Below are positions 50,401 through 58,800 of a stretch of DNA of 64,000 nt, piece after piece. The notes under the pieces are model-generated. The model made no database searches and was not told the DNA's origin. It saw only the letters and a program-made list of their open reading frames with translations. A program made the translations under genes and the position numbers. This DNA comes from Phallusia mammillata. Its lineage: Eukaryota. Positions within the stretch are counted from its first letter, which is position 1. Each line of letters opens with the position of its first letter. The DNA is taken from the NCBI GenBank assembly GCA_965637545.1, contig OZ281497.1, positions 17,050,001-17,114,000 of the forward strand. Direction: 5' to 3'.

Positions 50401-51042
50401 TTTGCTTGTACACAAGACCCATGGCACCATGCTGCTTTGAGGTTATTAGATCTTGGGCAAACTTTTGGCCTTTCATTATTCTCCAGATCTGAAAATGATG
50501 TTTAATGCAATGTTTGTTGACACAACTCACAAGAGAAGTGTGTTATGGTTACACTGGTAGCCAATTATAAGCGAGTTTGTATAATTGGAGCACAAATCAG
50601 ATTTAAGATGACCATTGTTGACAAACAAATAATCTCTAAATCCCCATTTAATTGGTCAACAAATGCAACCCAATTATAGACAGACAGTCCAAATTATACA
50701 AAACACTCTGTTGTATGGCTTTGAATTCATACTAAAACTGTTAAAAAATACCTGGACTGAGCATTTGTATGATCCTGCTTTTTTGCCATCACATTTTTCC
50801 ACTGTTGCCGTTAGAATTAATTTCGAAGTTGCATTTTTTTCTATGGTAGTTTGATCCAAACAGTTGGTAGCTCGCTTTCCAGGCATGGACAACATTACAC
50901 CTCTTGCAAACCGTCCTGCATCCACTCCCAATGACAGATGAGCAATACATAGTACAATAATGGCAAGTGATTTTATTGCAAAAAAATTCTTGGATAAATC
51001 CCATAATGTACAGAAATGTAGATTTATGTTTCGACAAGTCAT
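6517..51042 (-). CDS. AGRN: Agrin (secreted NtA form), 44 core coding exons, about 2089 aa
   Basis: Core exons 5' to 3', all phases compatible and the total divisible by 3: 50752-51042, 50351-50488, 50023-50143, 32415-32450, 31785-32015, 26455-26694, 25904-26081, 25567-25631, 25361-25482, 25199-25296, 24660-24838, 23899-24141, 23387-23534, 23235-23311, 23012-23097, 22489-22612, 22286-22421, 21775-21893, 21312-21392, 20647-20811, 20206-20358, 19834-19964, 18869-18974, 18112-18501, 17694-17776, 17516-17591, 16858-16985, 16370-16580, 13291-13329, 12714-12897, 12267-12375, 12072-12181, 11656-11781, 11388-11509, 11163-11315, 10640-10774, 10316-10439, 10101-10212, 9380-9496, 8813-8999, 8365-8473, 7127-7351, 6945-7048, 6517-6674. 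The NtA (DTRIFFV), FS, [9 protein letters not shown], laminin-EGF, SEA, LG and EGF order is agrin-specific. The start ATG at 51042 is tentative. Confidence 0.95.
7689..7866 (-). promoter_or_regulatory. Dispersed YCAY cluster downstream of z microexon 2
   Basis: 9 YCAY tetramers in about 180 nt of intron in transcript sense. Confidence 0.5.
7908..7922 (-). CDS. AGRN: Candidate agrin z/B-site microexon 2 (15 nt, AFTP plus split codon)
   Basis: gtttttgcag/GGCCTTCACTCCAAT/gtaaga; phase 2-2, in frame, no stop; lies between the NAVKEK and SRATRH exons. Confidence 0.8.
8043..8069 (-). promoter_or_regulatory. YCAY cluster (putative Nova splicing enhancer) just downstream of z microexon 1
   Basis: Transcript sense TTCATGCCATCAGTCGCTCATCATTCATCA contains 5 YCAY in about 27 nt, directly after the donor. 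Confidence 0.65.
8078..8104 (-). CDS. AGRN: Candidate agrin z/B-site microexon 1 (27 nt, ESKNNFIP plus split codon)
   Basis: ttttttcttgccacccgcaag/AGAGAGCAAAAACAATTTTATTCCAAT/gtaagt; phase 2-2, in frame; encodes N-N-F-I-P, compared with N-E-I-P in vertebrate z8. Confidence 0.85.
8813..12897 (-). CDS. AGRN: Agrin LG1-EGF-EGF-LG2-EGF exons
   Basis: IPQFGGASYAEF ... FDTGSG ... GLNLDSNVYIGG ... GLTGCV; CGSSPCFPSKC; DPCIAHQCHLSSTC; MPAFAEDSYLQF ... GLIFYN ... YDLGQG ... LNVDQPLYLGGVPD; ACYHKPCENGGTCYPRKAEFTCLC. Confidence 0.92.
9604..9627 (-). CDS. AGRN: Candidate agrin y/A-site microexon (24 nt, RKWYMKHW)
   Basis: tttttcacgctag/CGCAAATGGTATATGAAGCATTGG/gtaagt; phase 0-0; inserts between QGTSP and NLHSELNV, the position of vertebrate KSRK. 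Confidence 0.7.
9974..9988 (-). CDS. AGRN: Weaker second y-site microexon candidate (15 nt, DRGHP)
   Basis: cttaag/GATAGGGGACATCCG/gtaatc; phase 0-0 and in frame, but the polypyrimidine tract is poor. Confidence 0.3.
13971..14075 (-). CDS. AGRN: Candidate cassette exon after SEA (105 nt, GQENLLVHDWPFPPLDGAEDLRDGYSMSIPDFKRV)
   Basis: ttggttccgccag acceptor and GTAAGT donor; phase 1-1 matches both neighbours; no stop. Confidence 0.6.
16370..16985 (-). CDS. AGRN: Agrin canonical SEA domain (2 exons)
   Basis: MFNGTADFYRVDGQRTYYSPDLEDSSSELFAEYSNIISSE resembles the vertebrate agrin SEA start; no GSVV cleavage motif. Confidence 0.85.
17516..18501 (-). CDS. AGRN: Agrin Ser/Thr/Pro-rich mucin-like region with Ser-Gly GAG attachment cluster
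   Basis: TTTPKPEPEQTTTQTTT ... low complexity, followed by GSGCMGDDEDGCKEGSGGDEE (SG next to acidic residues). Confidence 0.85.
18869..24141 (-). CDS. AGRN: Agrin FS4-FS7, laminin-EGF 1-2 and FS8 exons; first SG/GAG site (SGEGSGGDG)
   Basis: [108 protein letters not shown]. Confidence 0.92.
22099..22115. mobile_element. Minimal hAT remnant (CAG plus one TIR)
   Basis: GTATAGAC / CAGGTTGAGAAACCCTG / GTCTAAAC: a TIR-like end between near-identical 8-mers (6 of 8 match). Confidence 0.35.
24660..25482 (-). CDS. AGRN: Extra SEA domain within the follistatin array (3 exons)
   Basis: Exons 25361-25482, 25199-25296 and 24660-24838 bridge FS3 and FS4 in phase (1-0, 0-2, 2-1). They encode MTTVRGSVGIK ... 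CDPETQQFQKFVEDMEAVVN ... FTVTGSRPGSVVLIFKAY ... WIYKRLFDPINGAII. Confidence 0.8.
25567..32450 (-). CDS. AGRN: Agrin linker and FS1-FS3 exons
   Basis: GKSIVEPPKKKP/DPCMNVLCGYGASC ... LCGSDGITYPNECRL; LCGSDQVSYRSECDL; VCGNDGNSYASECAL. Confidence 0.92.
28469..28840 (-). mobile_element. Possible decayed LINE (L2/Rex-like) ORF2 C-terminal fragment
   Basis: QSFKFLATYLS ... HINT ... LYWDVLSKVASSQFNHIELLVKSA resembles the FKFLG ... HIN ... LQRVVKTA region of LINE RT thumb domains. Recognised by eye only. Confidence 0.35.
30420..30482 (-). CDS. AGRN: Candidate 63-nt cassette exon between FS1 and FS2 (AITTTTIITRPRTVLPVVDVD)
   Basis: tttcgtttgcag acceptor and G/GTATGT donor; phase 1-1; no stop; Thr-rich. 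Confidence 0.65.
30495..30557 (-). promoter_or_regulatory. YCAY cluster upstream of the 63-nt exon (putative Nova silencer position)
   Basis: 7 YCAY tetramers in about 63 nt immediately 5' of the acceptor in transcript sense. Confidence 0.5.
31060..31560 (+). mobile_element. Possible decayed Penelope-like element RT N-terminal fragment
   Basis: ILSKAPDLTEADKGGGT ... HYTDVSKDPC resembles the PLE ADKG and Y..L..DPT motifs; interrupted by stops. Confidence 0.3.
50023..51042 (-). CDS. AGRN: Agrin signal peptide and NtA domain (3 exons)
   Basis: LAIIVLCIAHLSLGVDA signal-like segment; NCLDQTTIEK ... LILTATVEK ... YKCSVQIWRIMKG ... IYGLGNIMYCDSDV ... EDTRIFFV ... ITLTNLE. Confidence 0.9.
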
Positions 51043-52198
51043 TGTGCTTTTTGCAACCTTGTCTCAAATGTTTAGTTCCAATATATTTGACTGCTAATCC
51101 ACAACAGCCCTTTGTGCTTGTAGAACACTCTTGTTGAGTTATTCCATTTCAAAAACAGCAAGAAAATAATTTGTATACAGCACCCTAAAGTCAACAAAAT
51201 TCTGGTAATAGTCACAAGACAGTTTGAAGTATAACCACAAATCCACAATGCTATTGATAACATGTTTAGCTGTCATATAGAGACATGTTCTGTGAACTTC
51301 CTTAACATATTAATCTTTCCAGTTTTATTACATTATATACTTATTACTGATGTTATGTATACATAAGTCCTTTACATGGAGCAAACGTTGAATTGCTGTA
51401 CGCTTCTTAAACTATAGGCGCCTTCAGTATGAATTCTACTTCATCTAATGTGTGCAACTGTGCACCACACAAAAACTAACAATCTTAACCTTCCAAATCT
51501 TTTTACATATCTCGGTTTCATCTGTAGCCAGGTTCCACTTTAAAACGTCAAGTTACCAGTAAATAGGAGACACTGTTTCAATCAACAACATACGTCAGCG
51601 CTAACAACCGCTCACATACCTCGACGTTTTCTCCCTCTCTGCTAACATTACGAAGGGCAAAGGCCCGCGACTACTCAACGGTTGGCTGCAGGCCGTGGAA
51701 ACTAAACGTTAAAACTGTTTGGTGTCTACCCTTCTGGCGCAAAAGCACGGTACAGTCTTTTAGTGTCTTCTAGCGGCGATAGTTTTGTGCGCTTGTGGTG
51801 GTTTCTGCATTTACTCAGTAGCTCATTTTCCCGCGCAATGATAACCCACAACATATTGTTTTAATTCACAAGCAAAAGTATCGATGATGTCGTCCTGATT
51901 CCTATTTCCATGCAGACAGATTTCCAATTATTTTCTTTCAACGAGTTGACATAAAACAAGTCCAAGATTTCGTCGCACACCTTAATTTACAGAATGAACA
52001 TTTTTCTTTTTTAACGACTAAACTTGCCTCGACAAACTTATCTCTGGCTCACCAAGTTCTCTGTTATGGAGCCTGAGGAGTAAGCTTCGTATAACGCTAC
52101 ATGCAGGTTACCTAAGACTAGAATGGGACTACTTATCGAAACGTAATTTATAGTTAAGTTACATCGACGCAATGTTTATTTTTGCAATATGTGATGAC

Positions 52199-52260
52199 CA
52201 GTGGTTCTTAACCTAGTTTCGATCGAACCTTGGGGGTTTCGCCAACGAAGAAACATAACA
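52199..52260 (+). mobile_element. Truncated hAT MITE left end
   Basis: CAGTGGTTCTTAACCT TIR-like sequence; no matching right end found. Confidence 0.35.
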
Positions 52261-53452
52261 AAGAACATTGTGCGCAATGGGAAGTATTTACTCAGCAAAA
52301 CCTAATTTCGAACCTTCCGTAATTCTTTATTGTTGTCGATTATAGTGATTGGTTTAATTCAGTGCTGATTTAGTTTGATTTTAAATCTTTGCCTCTTTTA
52401 TGGCTCCGCGCCTAAAAGTTCTTGCTTAAAAAGTTTTGTCCCTGCTTAAAGACGAAATCATGTGGTACTCTCCAACACGGCTGTAGGCCTATACAGCTTT
52501 CAAAACACAAAATAGGCTAGGATTATAATATCCAATAAATAATGTCATGCAGAATATTTGTTTATCTGCATGGCTGTTGCATAAAACCACGCAAAAACAA
52601 TAGAAACAATCGCTTTTATGTCAATCGGTATACCTGACTAAAGTAGTTGCTTTAAATTGCTTTAACCGGAGGAAGGCCTATTTAGGTCTATACCACCATT
52701 ATTTATGCCTTTACCACCATACCACCGTTTTTTAACAAAAACTGCAGACATCTAGACGGAAAATCTAGATATCACTGTAGTCCACCAGACCCCAAAGTTT
52801 CGGACATTATGAGTGTTATTGAAAACTTTCATTAATCCCTGTTTAGATCCTATAAATCGCGCTCATTTTCAAAATTAAATGTTTTCTTGTCCAAATTTAT
52901 TTAATCAGAGGCGAAAATCTATTGCAAATATAAGAGGAGAGGACTTTTTATTTCAGAATTATTTTTTTGGTAATCGCACCAAAAGTTAAAAACGTAATGA
53001 TGGCACAATACGCTTTCACAGCTTAAAACGGATTTTTTACCAAATGATTAGCCATTAAACCCAGTTTCAAATTGCACGTGAACTGTTCGGGGACATTCTG
53101 CCACATTTGTGTTCCAGCTTTACTTTTTTTACAGTGAATTATTTCCACCAGTGGCCCCTAAAGTATATTTAAAATAACCGACCCTAATTTTGGATCAATT
53201 TTTAAAAGAATTTTTAGCAAATAGCTATTCGTGAAAATCCTGGTAAAAATGATCTATTAAGGTAGGCTAGGCCTGTTTTAGCCAATTACATTGGATTTTC
53301 TAGAAAGTTAAAAACCAATGGGTTATGGTAGTTTTGTTAATTGCTATGCTTAAATATTATGTTTTGCAGTTCGCCAACTAAACCTCCTCACAAGATCAAC
53401 ATTATCACCAAAACTCAGTTAGATCCGAAACATGGAAACGCATTGTTTGAAG

Positions 53453-53964
53453 CAGGAAGTCGAACCGTTTGTCATATGGGTTCAGGTTCGGTTCGGGTTC
53501 ACTTGGTTTTGTTTTTAAGGGTTCGGGTTCGGTTCAGGTTTTTAAAAATGTATATTTTCGGGTTCGGGTTTTGTTCCGGTTTGGGCAAATTATCCGGTCC
53601 GAACCGGTTTGCGGTTTTTAAACCGGTTCAAATTTGTATTCGCTTTTGTTTAATTCTACCCATCATCTACCTGGCCTTACCAAACTCAAAAAAGTGTCCG
53701 TGCACTATTATTTTGTACACGCCCTATAAGTGTTATCTCGTGTATTCTTTAGTGCGCTGTTTTGAAAAAAAATCACAAAATATAAAACAGACTGACTGCA
53801 TTTTTTTACCGGTTCGGGTCCAACGCCAAACCAAATATGGGGTTCAACTCCGGTTCGGGTTTTTAGAAAATCGTAATTAGCGGTTCGGGTTCGGTTCGGG
53901 TTTAATGAAATTCACCGCTCAAACCGGTTCGCGGGTTCGGGTTCAGTTCCGGTTCGACTCCCTG
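53453..53964. mobile_element. hAT MITE (Ac-like) with GGTTCG/GGTTCA subterminal arrays
   Basis: TIRs CAGGAAGTCGAACC ... GGTTCGACTCCCTG; exact 8-bp TSD GTTTGAAG (53445-53452 and 53965-53972). Confidence 0.9.
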
Positions 53965-54270
53965 GTTTGAAGGTCATGCAGTTAGCTAAAATATACAAGA
54001 TATTAGAGCTCATCTTAATACATTTGCTGCCACAAAATAAGCTAGCTATGTTAGTTTAGAAGTGTGATTTGGTTAGGAAGTTTTTTTTACGGTATTCCTA
54101 ATCATATTGATGCATTGACTCTTGTCATTCATAAATGTCGAAAAACCTTGGCATTTTTGGCATAAAAAAGCATTTGATTTGTTAAATCGGTTAAAGAAAC
54201 TTTAACACTCAAACTAACACATCCAGGATACTAGCAGAAAGCCTACAATAGTAAACCATATAGTGTAGAA

Positions 54271-54735
54271 CAGTGGTTCCCAACCTTTTTGTAGTCACGG
54301 ACCCCTTTTATAAATTTTATAGGTCCGCGGACCCCCAACGCAATTTAGTCCAGTTATGTTTTTTTGTTTCCTGCATTATGCGTTATTATACTTTCGCTTA
54401 TCAGGGCAGAATTTCGATCAACCTTCACAGTCCCTCAATCTCAATAAAGTTCTGTACTGTAGCAGTCAATGCAATGAAGAGATACATTTTCTGGTATACA
54501 ATACTTGAAACAAAGCACAATAAGTCCTATTGTTAATGTGTGTTGTGATGTCACAATGGAGGTAACAATTACTAGTTTTCCTGATCCAAGGGTTTGATAA
54601 ACAGTTTGCACTCAGATGCAGGATTGTAAAAACGGTTTGGGAACTTACAAATATTGTACTGTTGTTAATGCTACTACAATTGTTTGCCTCCACGGACCCC
54701 TTGGGGGTCCGTGAACCCCAGGTTGGGAACCACTG
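54271..54735. mobile_element. hAT MITE (Buster-like), same TIR family as 995-1275
   Basis: Perfect 15-bp TIRs CAGTGGTTCCCAACC / GGTTGGGAACCACTG; exact TSD GTGTAGAA (54263-54270 and 54736-54743); subterminal CACGGACCCC repeats forming a hairpin near the right end. Confidence 0.92.
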
Positions 54736-55872
54736 GTGTAGAACTTTTACAAACTTAAATTCCACTTGCCGACGCTAGTGTACCGGTATTACATCGTTTT
54801 GTTTAGCATGTTTTTTCCCTTCTAACAACTAAACGGAAACCTTTGAAAACCACACACAACGGGTAAATCGATTTAATATTGTTGCAGTTACCATGGCAAG
54901 CACAAATCTTGGTCAATAATATGGGTATTTTACTTGAAATTCAATAAAACGCTTTAAATTGCCGAATTTGGCGACATCTTGTGTTCAAAATTAACGTTTT
55001 TCCTAAACACTCGAACAGTCGCTTTGTCAGAATCGTCACGACTCGCGATCATTTCATTTGTTGAGATTTGAAAACTGGTTTGGATTTGGAGTTATGGGTT
55101 TGTGCTTGGGTGAGCGGGTTGACTTGTGGCGTGTGTCTTTTTTATCGTTTTGTCTAAATCACTACGTATGAAATTACTATCATAAGAAAAGTAGATAGGA
55201 TCATTGTTTGCTATACTACACATGCAGTGCCATGAGTGAGACTTGAGAGGTAAAATTAAAAAGCTTCTTTTTTCTGAGTTTATGTAACACTTTTCACGAG
55301 TCACACTTCTGTGAATAATATGTTGTGTTTTAAACATATGAAGTATATGTCACATAGAACTTATTCTAAAATTTTTGTTGCATCTGTTGTGTTATTAGTT
55401 CTTTGATCCTTATACTAAGCAATGTTTGATTAACTGAATGTTAATATATTTATGAAAGTTTCAGGGATGCCAATTTTTTGTTAAAAGAAAATAAAAGTTG
55501 TGGTTTAGGTCTATTTAGAATTTATGTAGTTACAATTTGTTGACTTTTGCTGTATTAAATTCTTTAAAGAGAATGAAATATATCTCTAATTGTTGTGATT
55601 GTCTCTACCATTGATCATCACAGGATGCAGTAACTTGATATTTAGGTTTTAACTTATGACCTTTTTTGAGTACTGTTTGATTCAGTAACGTGTTAAGAGT
55701 TACAGTTTGGTTTGTTGCGAACATCTGTCAACTTTATGCCTACTGCAATTAATACATATCTTCATACCTTATTGTGGCAGATAAATAGGATTAAAAAAAA
55801 TTGTTAACAAAGCATTTATCGGTTTATATGATTTGATTTTACTGGAATTATCGTGCCAGATAGAGCACAACT

Positions 55873-58800
55873 ATGGCACCGAGCATGGCGACAGCTCGTG
55901 TAAAAATGCTGGACAACTCCATTCACACCTATGACGTTAAAGTAAGTTGAACTATTCAAAAATTCCTACTTGTGATTTTATATAGTGCCTTACAATATAA
56001 ATTATAATAAGGTAGCTATCTAACCAAATGCTCCTGCTCCTGCATTTGTGTTGTGTACAGGTAGAAAGTATTTTTGGTGTTAAGTGAAATTTGTCGCAAA
56101 TGTTTGAATGCATCTGCAGAAAAACACACATATTAAGTCGTCGACTTTGTTTTTGCAAATCTGAGTCTATTAATTTTGTTATTCGGTTTTCGGAACACTG
56201 TTCATTAATTGTAAGCAGTAGAGTGCTATGAATTGCATAGTACATGAATTTTTACCCTATTTAAGTTGTGGTAGCTGTATAAGATATACAACATTAATGT
56301 GTATTTATTTAATTTAAATGTAGACCTAACTTGTTTCAGTGTTTTTATTTTGCGGTTAAGAGTCAGGTTAACAAGGGTTAAGTATTTTATGATTTGCTGG
56401 CAACACTATCACACTGTGTGTGTCAATAGTATCGTGAAATACCACACATTTTCCATTTGCTAAAATGCTGTATTTTACCTGTGGCTGTAGCACTAATGTA
56501 CAAAGTGTCTGTCTAACTTTTAAACTAAGTGTTTAACATATTGTATTGTAAAATTCAATGTCCAAGTATATCAGAGTTCTTAGGAGTTTTATGAATTCAT
56601 TCATCCAATGTATTATGACAATAGTGTAGGTTTTCTAATCGTTTTGATAGGAGAAACAGCACATGCCTGTTTCCTTACAGACAGGATATAATTGCGGGGT
56701 AGGTTTTGTAGTCGGCGCGGTACATGTGTGCGCAGTAATTCGTCCTTCGTGCAGTGCGCTAACCGAAACATCATAATTGCTTTTGAAAAGGCTCTTGTTT
56801 GCCTACGACAAACGAAAACGTCTTTCGTCAGCTGGATCCCGTTACGTCGCTATTGAATACGAATCGCGCCCGCCTGGCACTGGCTGCTCGCCGTGCGAGG
56901 AAAAGACAATGCCGCCTTGGCTTAAAGTAAATAGAGATGGCGCACTGCATGGACGGGGTTCGCTCTTTCTGTGGCATTCAGTCACATAAAATGTGGCATT
57001 CGGGTGTGACGTCAGCCGACCGACTTTTGTGACAAAGTTTGTAGGCAAAACACACACCACTTTATTCGCACTACTTTTCGAATTGCCCGGCGCATAACAC
57101 GCCCGATGTGCGATTTTCCGGATTTTGCACGTCTGTTCCACGCTTGACCAACAGCTGAAATGGACGTTGTTCATCGTCACCACGCACTAAAGTCACGCGA
57201 TAAGCAGCATGCAGCAGCGATGCGTGAAATTAAATCTGCTTAGTCAGCAATTTCATTCGACCCTTTGCCATTAACTACAGTTGCTAACTGTGCTTTGATG
57301 TTGACATATTGGTTTGGCAGTTGATGTCACTTGCCACATGGAATGAATTTCTGTTTCATCTTAGGAGCTGCTAGCTGACTGTTATACTGATACCCTGCAG
57401 TGCCTTGCAGACAGCTTTCAGCGAATTTGGAGTCTATTGTATTGTCTTTGAAATCGATTACTACACAGCAGGAAGTAATTCACTTCCTATTTCTCACTTA
57501 ATATGTAATTTACTACCCACCATCTTTTTGTCATTGCTTCACAAAGGGAGAGTGTAGTCATATTAACACTAAACCTCCTCCTTCTGTGTTTCTTTTATTA
57601 ATTCTCATATTTTGACATTGCAAAGCTGCTCCTATTCTTTCCCCCTCTATAGAAACTTTTTTGCTGGAAATACCTTGAATTGGCTTGAATTATTTTTATA
57701 AATTGTGCATCCTTCGTATTGCTGTCTTTTGAAATATCAAAAGTTTGTTAAATTATAGATCTGGGCTACATTGCTACTTCTTGCTTAGGGTTTCTTGGCC
57801 ATTTTTTGTGGTCCCCAGTTGCTATCTGTTCCGTATTTGTGTATATTTTGCTGGTTTATCCTGTGTTAATCAGATTTGTTTTATTTGAAGGTCAAAAACT
57901 TTGGGACAGTGCTTCTTCGAGCAGTGATGGAAGACCTTAACTTGCTTGAAGCAGATTATTTTGGAATCCAGTACAAAGATAGGGAGGGAAACCTTGTTTA
58001 TCTTGATCCCCTAAAGAAAATAAAAAGTCAGATAAAAAGTAAGTACATCAATCTTACTGTATGGGGTTTACTTCTGTTGTCTTACTAAATGTGCAATGTA
58101 AATATACTTTCTCCAAGACAATGTTTTGAGAGTTTAACCTTGTTTGGAAAAGTGTCTTGTTTGAATCTAAGCATAATTTTATTGCATTTCTTTCTATTAC
58201 AGATATCAACAACACTGTCCTGCAGTTTGTAGTCAAGTTTTTTCCTCCAGACCCTGGTCAATTACAGGAAGAATACACAAGATACCTGTTTGCTCTGCAA
58301 GTCAAACAAGATATATCAGCAGGACTGTTGCCCAGCAGCGATCAAACAATGATCAGCATGGCTTCTTATATGGCCCAAGGTATTTTACTACAAATATAAG
58401 AAACCGCTGTATAAGTTTAAAGCATTCTTCGTCAGTCTTTTGGGTGTAATAAAAAAATTTCAACATGAATTCAGTTACCATTTAAACTGAATTATATGGA
58501 AGGTGTTAATTAAAGTTCTTTTGCTTTCCAGCGGACTTTGGGGACTGGAACTCCTCAGATTGCTCTGATCCATCATACTTACGAGATATCAATCTTTTAC
58601 CGCCAACTGTCAATCCTAATGACCAAGAACTTTTGATAAACATTTCAGAAACTCACAGACAGAAAATGTAAACCATGCTGACATTCCTATGTTTATTTTT
58701 GCTCGATAACAGTTTTGCAGTTTCTGAAGATACTGTAAAAAAGAGTAAAGTATATCAGACAAAATTGTTAAAAATGCTTGTGTCTGCATTTGCTACACTG

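Larger units (their letters stand above)
51100..55872. promoter_or_regulatory. Head-to-head 5' region of agrin and the FERM gene (UTR exons, promoters, MITEs)
   Basis: The two start codons diverge 4.8 kb apart. A minus-strand donor (GAG/GTATGT, exon end about 51620) suggests an agrin 5' UTR exon. TSS positions cannot be determined. Confidence 0.5.

Noticed and set aside
53341-53880. 179-aa plus-strand ORF
   Set aside because: It runs through the GGTTCR repeats of a MITE; the low-complexity VRVRFRF sequence is an artefact.
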